Below are positions 38,435-49,159 of a stretch of 64,000 nucleotides of DNA, piece by piece. Both the position numbers and the translations under genes were made by a program. The stretch comes from Pseudovirgaria hyperparasitica. Taxonomy: Eukaryota. Position 1 is the stretch's first letter; every line of letters starts with the position of its first letter. The notes under the pieces are model-generated. The model ran no database searches, was not told where the DNA came from, and saw only the letters and a list, made by a program, of their open reading frames with translations. The stretch is from assembly GCA_010093815.1 (NCBI GenBank), contig ML996567.1. One strand, written 5' to 3'.

Positions 38435-39419
38435 GTTACCGGACCGGGATTCCGACCTGTCGTTGATGGTCTAGATACCGGTATCAAGTCACTATTTCTT
38501 GTCATGGCTCGTAGCTCACACTCACATCGATATGATTGTCGTCTTAGTATCCTCGAGAAGTGCAAGGCGTAAAGTAGCTGAGAGATATTAGCAGAAGTAG
38601 CAGAGTTGCCCAAAACTCTTGTCTCGAGATTGTACATGAGGTGAGGTAGACATGAGGTTCAAGCAAGCGTACTAACAGAAGCAAAGAGTCACAGAACACC
38701 GAAATAGCAGGCATGATTCACTTTTGAATCAGGCCAAACCTCATCAGAAAAGCTCAGCTTGAACAAGATTGACTAACCGAGTGAACAGTTACATTATGGT
38801 AATGAGTAACAGTGTCCTAGCAAAATGCTTCCATTCATGTTAGGTGTATATCTTAAGTTGGCAAAGTACCAGAGATCGCACGCGCAGTCAATAGTGGCAG
38901 TAGGCAAATTCTCACATCTTATGACTACTTCACAACGTGATCGTCGTGGTGACTTCGCTCTTTTGGACTATTATATATCGATACAACTCATATACCTTGT
39001 TGGATCAATCAGGGCATCATCATCATCTAATTCTCTCTAGCAGCCGATGGACGTGAAGTCCAGGAAGAGACAACAGGTACACTGTAATATGCTAGGTCGG
39101 CTCTAGTTCACTGAGAGATATGAGGCCACGACCATGAATGGACAAAATAGGAGAAGAAGTAAAGTTGAAATTCTGTACCAGCTCCTGACGAACGTTGCAC
39201 CGCAGTCCTTGGGTTGGGCGCATAGATTGCTGCATTACGGATGTGTATGGATCGCATGCTAACGTCAAGACTTGGTGGAACTGGTTATGGTAGAACATAT
39301 GCCATTCTCGCGTTAAAGGATATTGCACGTGGGAAATCTCCGTATCTGTCAAGCTAGAGAACCTCCAATATTCCTCACCTCCACGTCCAGAGCCTGGTTT
39401 AATATGGTCAGAGTATACG

Positions 39420-39826
39420 CTACTTTGACTCCTGTGTCGTGGTGCGATAGTCTATCTTGCGAATTATAGTTCTATTCAGGTCCTCTTTGGATAGATCTGC
39501 CATTTTGGTATTCAGCGCGGTCTGAACGATCTTCAAGAGCTCCTGTAAAGCGCGATCGAAGTTCAAGCCATAAGCAGTGAGAAGGATCTTGTAGCTCAAC
39601 GATGATGCGGCTGGACCGTCATGCGAGATTATAGAAGCGGCACAACTAACGTGCTTATTGCGAGAAGCACTTTCGCTGACGATGATGGCAGCATGGGGAA
39701 TAGCCCATAGTGCGTAGGCGGTTTCTACATTGGTTAGTATGAGGATGAGACAAACTGCAATAGATCCTCACCTAGAATGTGACGCTTGAGACATTCAAGC
39801 TCGGAGAAAACGTGTGTGCAGCTCAT
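39420..39826 (-). CDS. Unknown small-protein family, member D (119 aa; intron 39725-39771); absent from the ORF track
   Basis: The intron GTGAGG...CTAAC...TAG gives MSCTHVFSELECLKRHILETAYALWAIPHAAIIV...ISHDGP...SYKIL...RALQELL...KIDYR. Confidence 0.82.
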
Positions 39827-41933
39827 GTTGGCGACAAAGAATACGTGCTGTGGTTGATTCGGCTAGTATAATAAGTTATGGCGGTTTCCTTTCGTACCCA
39901 TATCATGTAGGGTGTTAACTTGGTGTCGTGGAGCATGCGGTAAGGATGAGAACTCTTCTCTTCTTTGTCATGTCTACCCATCTTATGCTTCACAAAGTTG
40001 CGCGTGAATCGCACTTTTCACTGATGAAAAGTGCTGCCAACACCCTCGAGAGATTATTCAGACGTCTTTGCAAACACAAGTTGTAATAAGCCCAACAAGA
40101 GACTCAGCAAGTCTCTCTGATGCAAAGAATCTCGAACTTGCGCCACTCTGACACTTGTCCGAAATTCAAGAATTCAGTCCTGTAACATGACTACGAGACA
40201 TGTATAGAAGCATGGATGCAGACCAAGTGCCATTTTGGTAACAGCTACATGTGAATCGCTTTATGAAACAGGGGCCATATATATTGTTGCTGAGACAGCT
40301 TTCGGACCGTAGTGAGGTGAAATCTAATGCATAAGAGCAAAGAACTCAGTCCCAGGGTCCGACATTGTTTATCGGTAGTTCTTTATATATCACAACGAGC
40401 TAGTACACATACCTGATCGACTTGCAGATCGGCTTCTTCCCGGCAGATTCCTCTTATGACACGTGGTAGCATGCATGCGGGTAATCCAAAATGTTTAATT
40501 GATGGATATGTATAGTCCGAACTGTACATTTTAGCACCGAAAGGCCGTCAGTATGAGAGGCTTGCTAGAGAAATACGAGACGCCACATCTGTGTTAGATC
40601 GTCAGCTGAGAGTTGGGACAATGTTGCACTAAAATCTGATAGAGATCTGGATTCTCATGTTCAAGACGAGGTTTGGCTATGCTGTGGTGTGCTGGTCAGC
40701 AAAGCATTATGTTCTGCAGTGTAGACTAGCAACCAGGTCCTGTGTAGAAAGATGTCAAGTGAGAGGCTGAGAAAATATTAAACAAACAGCGTCAAAAGAG
40801 GTGGAACATTTACTTTGACTCTCGTTGCATATATTCCAGCATCACAGTGTATATTTGCACTGTGCTCTTTATGATGAATGGCAACATCAAATCGGTAGAA
40901 GGTGAACAGATGATGTTGAAGCTAGCCAATCTCGGCTTGAGAATAATTAATGCTGTACGATCTTGTCCCAATCAGGAAATTGGGAAGACACGTGATGTTG
41001 TCCCTCCATTTCCCCTCGATCCAAGGGTTGTCATCGGACCGAACCGCATGCAAGACGCAACTGTTCATGCGAAATAAGGACGGGGTATAGAATACGTTGA
41101 CCACGACCGAAATGTTATTCCAAAGACCGCATCGAGCTGGAACTTCCGCAGATTCTGCATCCACGAGTGGAGTCGCATCTTTCTATTCCCTGGATGATGT
41201 GCAGAAGCGAGAAAGCGGCAACCCAGCAGCATCCCCTTGAATACGCCACATTCCCGCAACAAGGAAGTCCATTACAACATCAAAGCTTGAATGCCGGACC
41301 TGCTTACGCGTAGAATGATAGCGGCCTGCCTGTACAGTGTCTTATCAACCCGGTGGTCCATACCTTCGGAATCGGCTTATTTGCCATGTGCCGTGTAGAC
41401 CAGATTCCCAGGCTGCGCAGGTGACCATCCAGGAATCACTACTCGCAAATTGCATCCCCTGCGGACTGTATCTATGGGTGTAACTACAAAACTTTGTGAC
41501 AGATTACATGTTGCCCAGACACCAAGTTCACTTGTGTGTTAGCGCAAAATGAGACGTCTACACTGGCTATGGATGCAATTTTAGCCTTTTCCCGTTCGAT
41601 ATAAGCTTCGACCTTGACTTCGCGGAATGCTAGTAGGATTTTCGCCCATTTTTGGTAAATTAATGATATGCGCCGCACGGGAGACATTCCTCAAGGCCGA
41701 TGACGGGACCGTAAACCTGGCAATTGATATACCCTGATCAACGGTCAGCTTGCCTGACTTGTTACGCAGTTTCGTACCGCGAATACGGTCTGCCAGTCAC
41801 TTGGCTAGTGACACCACCCATACTGTAGCAGCTCAAAACTAGAGACTGCCCGCATGGCTTCTAGTCTTAGCGTTGTTGACCTCTTGGATTTAGCTCAATC
41901 GACCTCATCGCACGCGCATCTATATCGCGCAAG

Positions 41934-44020
41934 ATGAAGTGGTCACCGTTCGTTCTGTTCACATCGGCTGCGATTGCCATTGCTCCGCAGTCCGAGACTA
42001 ATGGAGAATCTGATCTTGGTACTTTGGACCTGACCTGGCGACCTTGCGTAGGAGACAATGTATGTAACACATCACACACGAAATGGGCCGAATACCTGTG
42101 ATAACCCTATCAACAGCCGAATTCGGTATGTAATCAGCTACTGGACTGGGCTCCAGACAGATGGGACGATCTGCTGCACGAGGTCAAGCCAAGCAAAGAA
42201 CGTCATTACACATTCGATATCACGAGGGGATTCCTCTCGCCCGATGGAGTCAACAGCAGCGTCATCATGGTCAATGGAGGCTTTCCAGGTCCAACGATTG
42301 AGGCCAATGAGGGTGACACATTCGTGATCGAGGTTAACAACAATGCAAACGTTCCAACATCTATCCACTGGCACGGACTGTTCCAGAAGCAGACGCCCTT
42401 CATGGACGGCGTACCCTCTATTGGACAGTGTCCTATCCCTCCTGGCGCTTCCTTTACCTATCGATTCAAAGCGGATCGAGTAGGCACCAGCTGGTGGCAT
42501 TCGCATTATCAAGGACAGACTGTTGCTGGCCTTTTTGGTCCAATGATCATCCATGGGTATGTGCAAGTTATAATATCGTCACGTAATGTTTCACTAAAGA
42601 ATCAGGCCGCCGCTATTCAGATACGACATTGATGTTGGTCCTGTGATGCTAGTCAGTCCTTAACCTGTCTTTTTCATGCCTAAATGGGGTTCTAACGAGA
42701 TGTAGCACGATCGATGGCACATTGATTACGAAGACCTCAATGACGAAACTCTCAAAGCAAATCCTGTCCAGAGTGACAGTAATCTCATCAACGGCAAGAT
42801 GTAACGTTTCTATCTATTACACGTATGAGCTAATCAACATTGCTGACGCAACCAGGGACTACAACTGTTCACTGGTAACTGATGGCGCTGCGTGCTTCCC
42901 GGATGCTGGATTCTCAAAGTTTAGATTCAAGTCAGGCAAGACGCATCTACTGCGCCTTATCAATCCAGGAGCCGATGGACTTCAACACTTCACCATAGAC
43001 GACCACAAGCTCACTGTTGTATCAGTCGACTACACGCCGATCGAGCCGTTTGAAACTGATGTAGTGTCTCTTGCCCCTGGTCAAAGAACTGAAGTCCTCG
43101 TCAAAGCTGTCGGAAAACCAAGTGATAGCTACTGGCTGCGCTCCGATATCGACCCTTCTAATCCACAAAATTCGGATCCCACAGCGTCCGTATGTGGCGT
43201 AGGTTCACGTCAGCCGCACGCAAAGGCTATCGTCTACTATGAGAAAGCAGACTGCAAGAAGTATCCTACAACGCAAGCGACCAAATACACAACAACAGCG
43301 CGCTGCGGTACTTTTCCGCTCGATAAGACAGTTCCACTAATTCCTGAAGCCCCTCCCACCACGCCTGAAACCGAAGTCACTGTCGACATGACAATCATGG
43401 CCAATGCATCTGGCGTCTTCATATGGTCTCTCAATAATCACACTTTCCGAGCTAACATGAACTCCGCATCTCTCGCTCAGTCTACTGCGCCTACATTCAA
43501 ATTCTCCGACATTGACCCCTTAGCTAACATCTATAATCTCGGGTCGAATAAGACGGCGCGCATTCTGCTCTACAACATCTTCGCGGCCCCGCATCCTATG
43601 CATTTGCACGGTCACGATTTCTACGTTCTTGCGGACGGTGCTGGCGTCTGGGATGGCACCGTGACGAACGCAGCGAATCCCATTCGGAGGGACACACATC
43701 AGTTGCTCCCCAGCCCTGATGGCGGTGTAACGCCAGGGTATACCGTCATCGAGATGGTGTTGGACAATCCGGGAATCTGGCCGTTACACTGCCATGTCTC
43801 ACAGTACGTTCTGACCCATCGAAAGACACGAAACTGAAGAAGTGAAACTGTGCTAAAAATTTGATGCAGACATCTGACCGGTGGAATGATGCTCGAAGTT
43901 GCGTATGGGAAGAGTACGATCGAGACATATAAGGTCCCGGCGGCCATCACGGACGTGTGTGAGGAGTGGAACTTGTGGCGCATGACGAATGTCGTTGACC
44001 AGCCTGACTCCGGGCTATGA
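41934..44020 (+). CDS. Secreted multicopper oxidase / laccase (AA1; multi-exon)
   Basis: Signal peptide, copper motifs HWHG, WWHSH, HPMHLHGH and HCHVSQ|HLTGGM, and the C-terminal DSGL typical of ascomycete laccases. Confidence 0.93.
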
Positions 44021-44091
44021 TTCTTGTTCAAATTTTGTTGCCTGAATCTCTGATAGAGAAGAATACAATAATTAATATTTTTCTTTGAGCA

Positions 44092-44892
44092 TCAAAGATC
44101 CAGCATTCTCGCCTCTAGACTCTCCTTGCCTTCTGCTTCCGTAATCCCGTTCTCCAACCTGACAATACTCTCAACCTCCTCTCTGAAACCCCACTCTTTC
44201 TCCTCCTGATCTGGCACCCGCCTTAAAAAAGCTCTTAATGCGTCGCCAAACCACTCCTCTCTCCTCTCTCTATTCTCGATCTTCGCAACAATAGCAACTA
44301 TAAGACTATACACCCACTCCCAATCCTCACTTTCTCTAAACATCCATTGCAGCACACTCACCAAGACCCGCGCATCCTCATCAGTCGGTGCATGCGCAAG
44401 CCTGACCACATCCTCATCCTTTCCTACTCCAACACTCCCGTCGTCGACACGAGAGGCGCAAACCGGCGCACCGCCATTCAACAGCCCCAACAGCAACTGA
44501 CTAGTAGGATACGCCACGGGCCAATTTGGATCTTGGAGCCAGGCAAGGAGGCCATCTCGACTGTCTATTTCGGGTGCGCTGCTCTGAGCGGAGTAGTGTG
44601 TTGGCGGAAAGAGAATCAGGGGCGTCCATGTTGCAGCGGGGAGTGTGGTGAGGTTTTTGATAGCGGCGATGTCGTGTTTATCCTTGGGCACGAGGTGGGT
44701 ATTCTGTGGACGTGGGAGGCTAGGGGTTTTGTGTTCTTCGGGAGGTTTCATGGCTTCTATTGGGAAGGACTTCGTAGGTGCGTGGAGAATTGAGGGGCTA
44801 TGAAGGTATGTTTTTGTGGAACGGAGGGTATTCGTTGATTGGATGCTGTAATTGATATTTCTAGATCTGGAGAGTATACGAGAGGTATACAT
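44092..44892 (-). CDS. DUF5071-like protein, intronless (start at 44892 or about 44751)
   Basis: LVPKDKHD...LLAWLQDPNWPVA...DWEWVYSLI matches my recollection of the DUF5071 pattern. Confidence 0.7.
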   Translation of the reverse strand: MYTSRILSRSRNINYSIQSTNTLRSTKTYLHSPSILHAPTKSFPIEAMKPPEEHKTPSLPRPQNTHLVPKDKHDIAAIKNLTTLPAATWTPLILFPPTHYSAQSSAPEIDSRDGLLAWLQDPNWPVAYPTSQLLLGLLNGGAPVCASRVDDGSVGVGKDEDVVRLAHAPTDEDARVLVSVLQWMFRESEDWEWVYSLIVAIVAKIENRERREEWFGDALRAFLRRVPDQEEKEWGFREEVESIVRLENGITEAEGKESLEARMLDL

Positions 44893-45160
44893 GCTTGTAA
44901 TTCCATGTTGTCATGTGTGTGAGTCGACGCTGTGGCGGTGCACTTCTAGATGTACGAATCTGAGAATCCGGATCGTAGGACTGATTAGTTAATTAGACCT
45001 CGCTTAACCGAATGGATCCATCGCACATTTGGGTCTTCCCTTACCGTTGAATAACTATCATTGCCGAATTCAAGATGCCTCCTGTCTCTCCATGGTCTCA
45101 AAACTTCTTCCAAACCTAAAATCAGAAGATTATAACCTTACTGTCGGTTTTATGTCACGT

Positions 45161-45248
45161 GGCTTGATGGTCTAGTGGTATGATTCGCGCTTAGGGTAAA
45201 CCCTGGGTTGATTGCGCGAGGTCCCGGGTTCGACTCCCGGTTAAGCCC
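45161..45248 (+). tRNA. tRNA-Pro(AGG) with a 16-nt intron (45197-45212)
   Basis: Acceptor stem GGCTTGA/TTAAGCC, A-box TGGTCTAGTGG, anticodon stem CGCGC/GCGCG with AGG at 45193-45195, B-box GGTTCGACTCC and downstream T-runs. Mature length is 72 nt. Confidence 0.95.
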
Positions 45249-46224
45249 AATTCTATGCTCTTTTGCTTCTGATTGAGTGATTTCCCGTGATTGGGGGTGC
45301 TGGTGCTCTTTTTTTTGGTACGCAAATGTCTGTGTTTTCGATCTAACATGATATAAAGGTGCGAGTGGACCGTGCACGGGCTAGCGTCTCACTAGTGCCG
45401 TAGGACCGACTCCACATTCAAAGCACCGAACGATGCACGGAAGTTTTTCTATTGAAGAACTCTATATAGTAGTATGAGGCAAGTCCCCAGGATTGTGAGG
45501 GACCGTATTGTGAATCACAAGCTATACGGTTCCCAAGTTCTCAACAGAATCCGAGTCCGTGAGACATGACGAATCGTGTCATAGTAGCGATCGCCTAGCT
45601 GGCGGTCAGGTACTTTTTCGATATCGTTTATCCCATCATCATCATCGTTAAATCTTCTCTCTTTATTCGAATGCAAAGAATGAGGAGTCCAAACATCCAC
45701 TCAGATCCTCCGGCTCACTCGCGCCCCGAACGAAATCGACTCCTGTTCATGCTCTGGGCATAGACATGGTTCTCATTCTCGCCTGGGGGGCTAGTGCGGC
45801 AAAAGTTATGAATGCATGGTCGTCCGTAAGTCACGAAATCTCTATGCCTCGGAGATGCCCTTCCATGGCGGTGATACAAATGCCTCCCTATATATATATG
45901 CTCAAAAGTGTAGTCATGACTCGTGTTGTAGAAGAGATGGTAGGCAAAACGAAGATTAAAACATGATATACTCGGTCTATGAAGAATCTTGCATGATTCT
46001 GATACATCCGTGAGACGTACTAGATCCAGTCTTGTTACTAACAATGCTAGCTTTCTGTTTGGACAAAGCTATCGAGCCCGGGAATTCGCATTGTTGTCAA
46101 TCTCAACTACGCCAGTAGTTGCCCATCCTCTCACTCGTCTCTATACTTCCCATCTTGATAGACCCAAAGTCCGAGGCTCTCACCATAGGAGTTAAGATTT
46201 TCTCCTCGTCTCATATAGGATATA

Positions 46225-46746
46225 TCATGGCTTCTCCTCAATGGCCAGATCTTCCATCGATAAATAATTTAATGTATCATAATATGCCTGCACCGGAATA
46301 ACACAGCCTTCGTAAGAAGCTGCCTCCTCCATAAGCCCTAGAAGCCTACTCTGTGCTCCACGTATTTTTTCAGCGCAATGCTTATCGAATTCTTTCATCA
46401 TACTTTCGCCCTGGAGCAAAAGGATGTTAGTATCAATCTGATCGGCGATCTCCGTGGCCCTTGGGGAACAGAATTTCTCCAAGGTTGCTATGTACTTGGC
46501 GAAGTGGGCGAGGTAGGGCTTTCCTGTGGCAGCGGAGTCGTTGCGAGGAATATTGTACTGGGGAATATTTTTCGGGCTGGGAGGCCTATAGTGCGATGCA
46601 CCTGGTGGAGCAGGGTCTTTCTTATTGCTTGGTGGTGGAAGCCCTTCAAATCGGAGGCTTTGATATTGCTGGACAGACAGGTTATTAGCTTGATTGTTAC
46701 TGCCGCCATAGTTATGATCACCGGCCTGGGTGTTCTGGCTATCCAT
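46225..46746 (-). CDS. Orphan hypothetical protein (173 aa)
   Basis: N/Q/P-rich N-terminus followed by a helical-looking C-terminal half; no recognised domain. Confidence 0.5.
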   Translation of the reverse strand: MDSQNTQAGDHNYGGSNNQANNLSVQQYQSLRFEGLPPPSNKKDPAPPGASHYRPPSPKNIPQYNIPRNDSAATGKPYLAHFAKYIATLEKFCSPRATEIADQIDTNILLLQGESMMKEFDKHCAEKIRGAQSRLLGLMEEAASYEGCVIPVQAYYDTLNYLSMEDLAIEEKP

Positions 46747-46890
46747 GATGATAATCTTGGGCTGTGTTACGACTTGAACGTAAGGAAATTTGACATGGTC
46801 GCAAGCGCAAGAGTGTTCGTTGATATCGAGACAATATATAATATCTGCATCACATTCCATTACCATAACTGTTCGCCTAAACGATTAATA

Positions 46891-47343
46891 ATGTCGTTGC
46901 CACATATTTTACAATGTTTTGCCCCGGAATGTGGAACGTGTCAGCGTAGTGATGGATACCTGCTGTGGTGCTCCTCCTTGTACCATCGAGTGGGTTTCCG
47001 TGCGTGGTTTAGCCAAGAGATCTACTCGGACGTAGTTTTCCACTTGAAAAATGATGCTACTACTACATACCCAAGTCTTTTTCACACCCTCATCGTCACA
47101 CAGGAATTCAAACTGCCAAGGAAAGGGCAAAATAGCCTGTTTTTCAACATGAGCAATAGAGGAAGGGCAGTCAGGGCCAAGACCAGCATAGCTGAGGTAT
47201 TCACAGGGATACAAACGTGGCAAATATCTCTGCTGCGGGAATGCCTACATTGCAAGGGGTTCACCGGACCAGATCCAGTGGCACTTGCAAAAGCGTGCCC
47301 AACACCAACAGTACTCATCAACGCAGCAAACACATCAACCTAG
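46891..47343 (+). CDS. Orphan hypothetical protein (150 aa, Cys motifs)
   Basis: ATG at 46891 within a longer open frame. Contains CFAPECGTC and CLHC. Confidence 0.4.
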   Translation: MSLPHILQCFAPECGTCQRSDGYLLWCSSLYHRVGFRAWFSQEIYSDVVFHLKNDATTTYPSLFHTLIVTQEFKLPRKGQNSLFFNMSNRGRAVRAKTSIAEVFTGIQTWQISLLRECLHCKGFTGPDPVALAKACPTPTVLINAANTST

Positions 47344-47627
47344 TACATGCATTCCACGCTCATGGTTTGCCACAGCACTAGGCATCAATGCTTTGACGGA
47401 AGAAGCGCCATCCGCGTTAGTCCCTGGTTCCAGAACCAGGAGGATGCTCAGAAGCAGTCAGCAGCAGTCAGCAGTACCAAGCCTCACGGTTTGCTTGAGT
47501 AAGACTCGGGGGCACTACCTGTCTTTATGGTAACATGTAGGCGACGGTTTCCGAATTTCCATGTAGTGCAAAGCTGTGACTGGTACAATTCGAGAACCTG
47601 GCAGCGTTAAAGATAGGGCTATGGCCT

Positions 47628-48703
47628 CTACAAATCCGACAGCTCTAGATAAGTTCTTAGAGCCTGAGGAATGAGTTTCGAGGCATCACCTTGAAAAGAC
47701 CAATCGCCAGGTTCCGGTCGCGCTGCACCTGCCGCCGCTACCTCCATGTTGAAGAATGCTACACGTGCACCGCGCTTCCTACACTGCTGAATGTAAGCAG
47801 CCGCTGGGTAAACAACTGCTGATGTTCTAACTACCAGCATGAGGTCAACTTGGCCACCAACGGAATCTAATCCTGCTGTAGCTTGGTTGAAGGTATCGCC
47901 AGCTAACCATTTGTCGATCCCTGAGGCTTTGTCTGCTGGAATGGACTCTCCAAACCACACGACTGCGGGTCGTAAGAGCGCATCGGTGCACAATGGACAA
48001 ATAGGAAGATCGGTATGGTCGATCTTAGCAAGCGGGATGTCAGCCTTCGTAACATCGTTATCGTAGTCCTTGGTCAGACTGAGGGCTGGTGTGATAGGAT
48101 CGTTGTAATCCTCAGCATTGTAGCCACATGCTTCGTTTGAACATTTGACGCGAAACAGTGATCCATGTAAGTCAATTATCTGAGTAGGCGGATGTCCAAC
48201 TCGTCTACAGAGACCTATTTATTGTCAGACCATGATCTATGTTACAGCTGATATAGCACTAGAAAGCACACACCGTCTATATTCTGGTTTACGGCCAAAA
48301 AGCCTGGCTTTCTCTTTGCCAACTCTGCTAAAGCGTGATGCGCAGAATTGGGATCTGCCGTGAGAGCTTGGTGTCGCCTGTAATTGTAGAACTGCCACAC
48401 GAGGCTCGGGTCCTCGTCAAAGGCTGTCTTCGTGGCCAGTTGTATGTCAGAGTAGCTTCTCCAGAAACCACCTGCTCCGCGATATGTGGGGATTCCTGAT
48501 GCTGCGGAAAGACCTGCACCGATGAGCGCCAATATCCTCTTCGACCGAATCAGATGCTCTGTAAAAGACTTGATCATCTCTTCCGAAGGAGGTGGGATGT
48601 TGACATTTCGAGTTGCATGCTCCTCTCGTTCAAAATGACGCTTTAAACTCTCATTGGCCCTTGTGCGCAGTTCAGCCTTGAAGTCGGTATGGAGTTTAGA
48701 CAT
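47628..48703 (-). CDS. Sir2-family NAD-dependent deacylase, class III/SIRT5-like (intron 48215-48273)
   Basis: GAGLSAASGIPTYRGAGGFWR, NQNIDG|L, DLHGSL, Zn-binding CSNEAC and CPLC, and LRPAVVWFGE. The GTS motif reads RTS. Confidence 0.9.
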
Positions 48704-49159
48704 GGTTACAAAGGACAGAAACGAGGAGCTGCACGGCAGCGAAGTCTGGTGTGAATTACCTTGTGGTATACAGGGTCAGATTCGGGAGAAGGCACGTTGG
48801 CTTTAAAGATTCTTTGACTGATGATAGACACCTATTTTTGATCACTGGTGCCTAGTCCATTACTGAAGGATAGGTGTTATTTCAGAGTCAGGGTCACAAG
48901 GCACGTCCTTGCCCTTCCTCCGTACTCGCATCAAGCATTTGAATAGTTGTTAGGAGACAGTGAACACAGAGCGTTTATGCTGTGAAAGGAAGAAAGAGGA
49001 CTTGGGTACAGATGGATGTGATTGACGCGTGGTGGGGCCCGTGCACAAGCTCCTCCTCTCTGACGTTTGACATCCATTGCTTGCCCAAGCCTCTCTCATC
49101 TCTCTCTCTCTCTCTCTCTTTCTCTCGTCCGGACCCCAATCGATCTCCATACCGACTCA

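Noticed and set aside
40000..41900. Short ORFs or a transposon relic upstream of the laccase
   Set aside because: No transposase, reverse transcriptase, terminal repeats or family motifs were recognised.
42117..42125. 9-nt micro-exon in the laccase
   Set aside because: The frame reads through from the 42116 acceptor without needing the second GTATGT donor.
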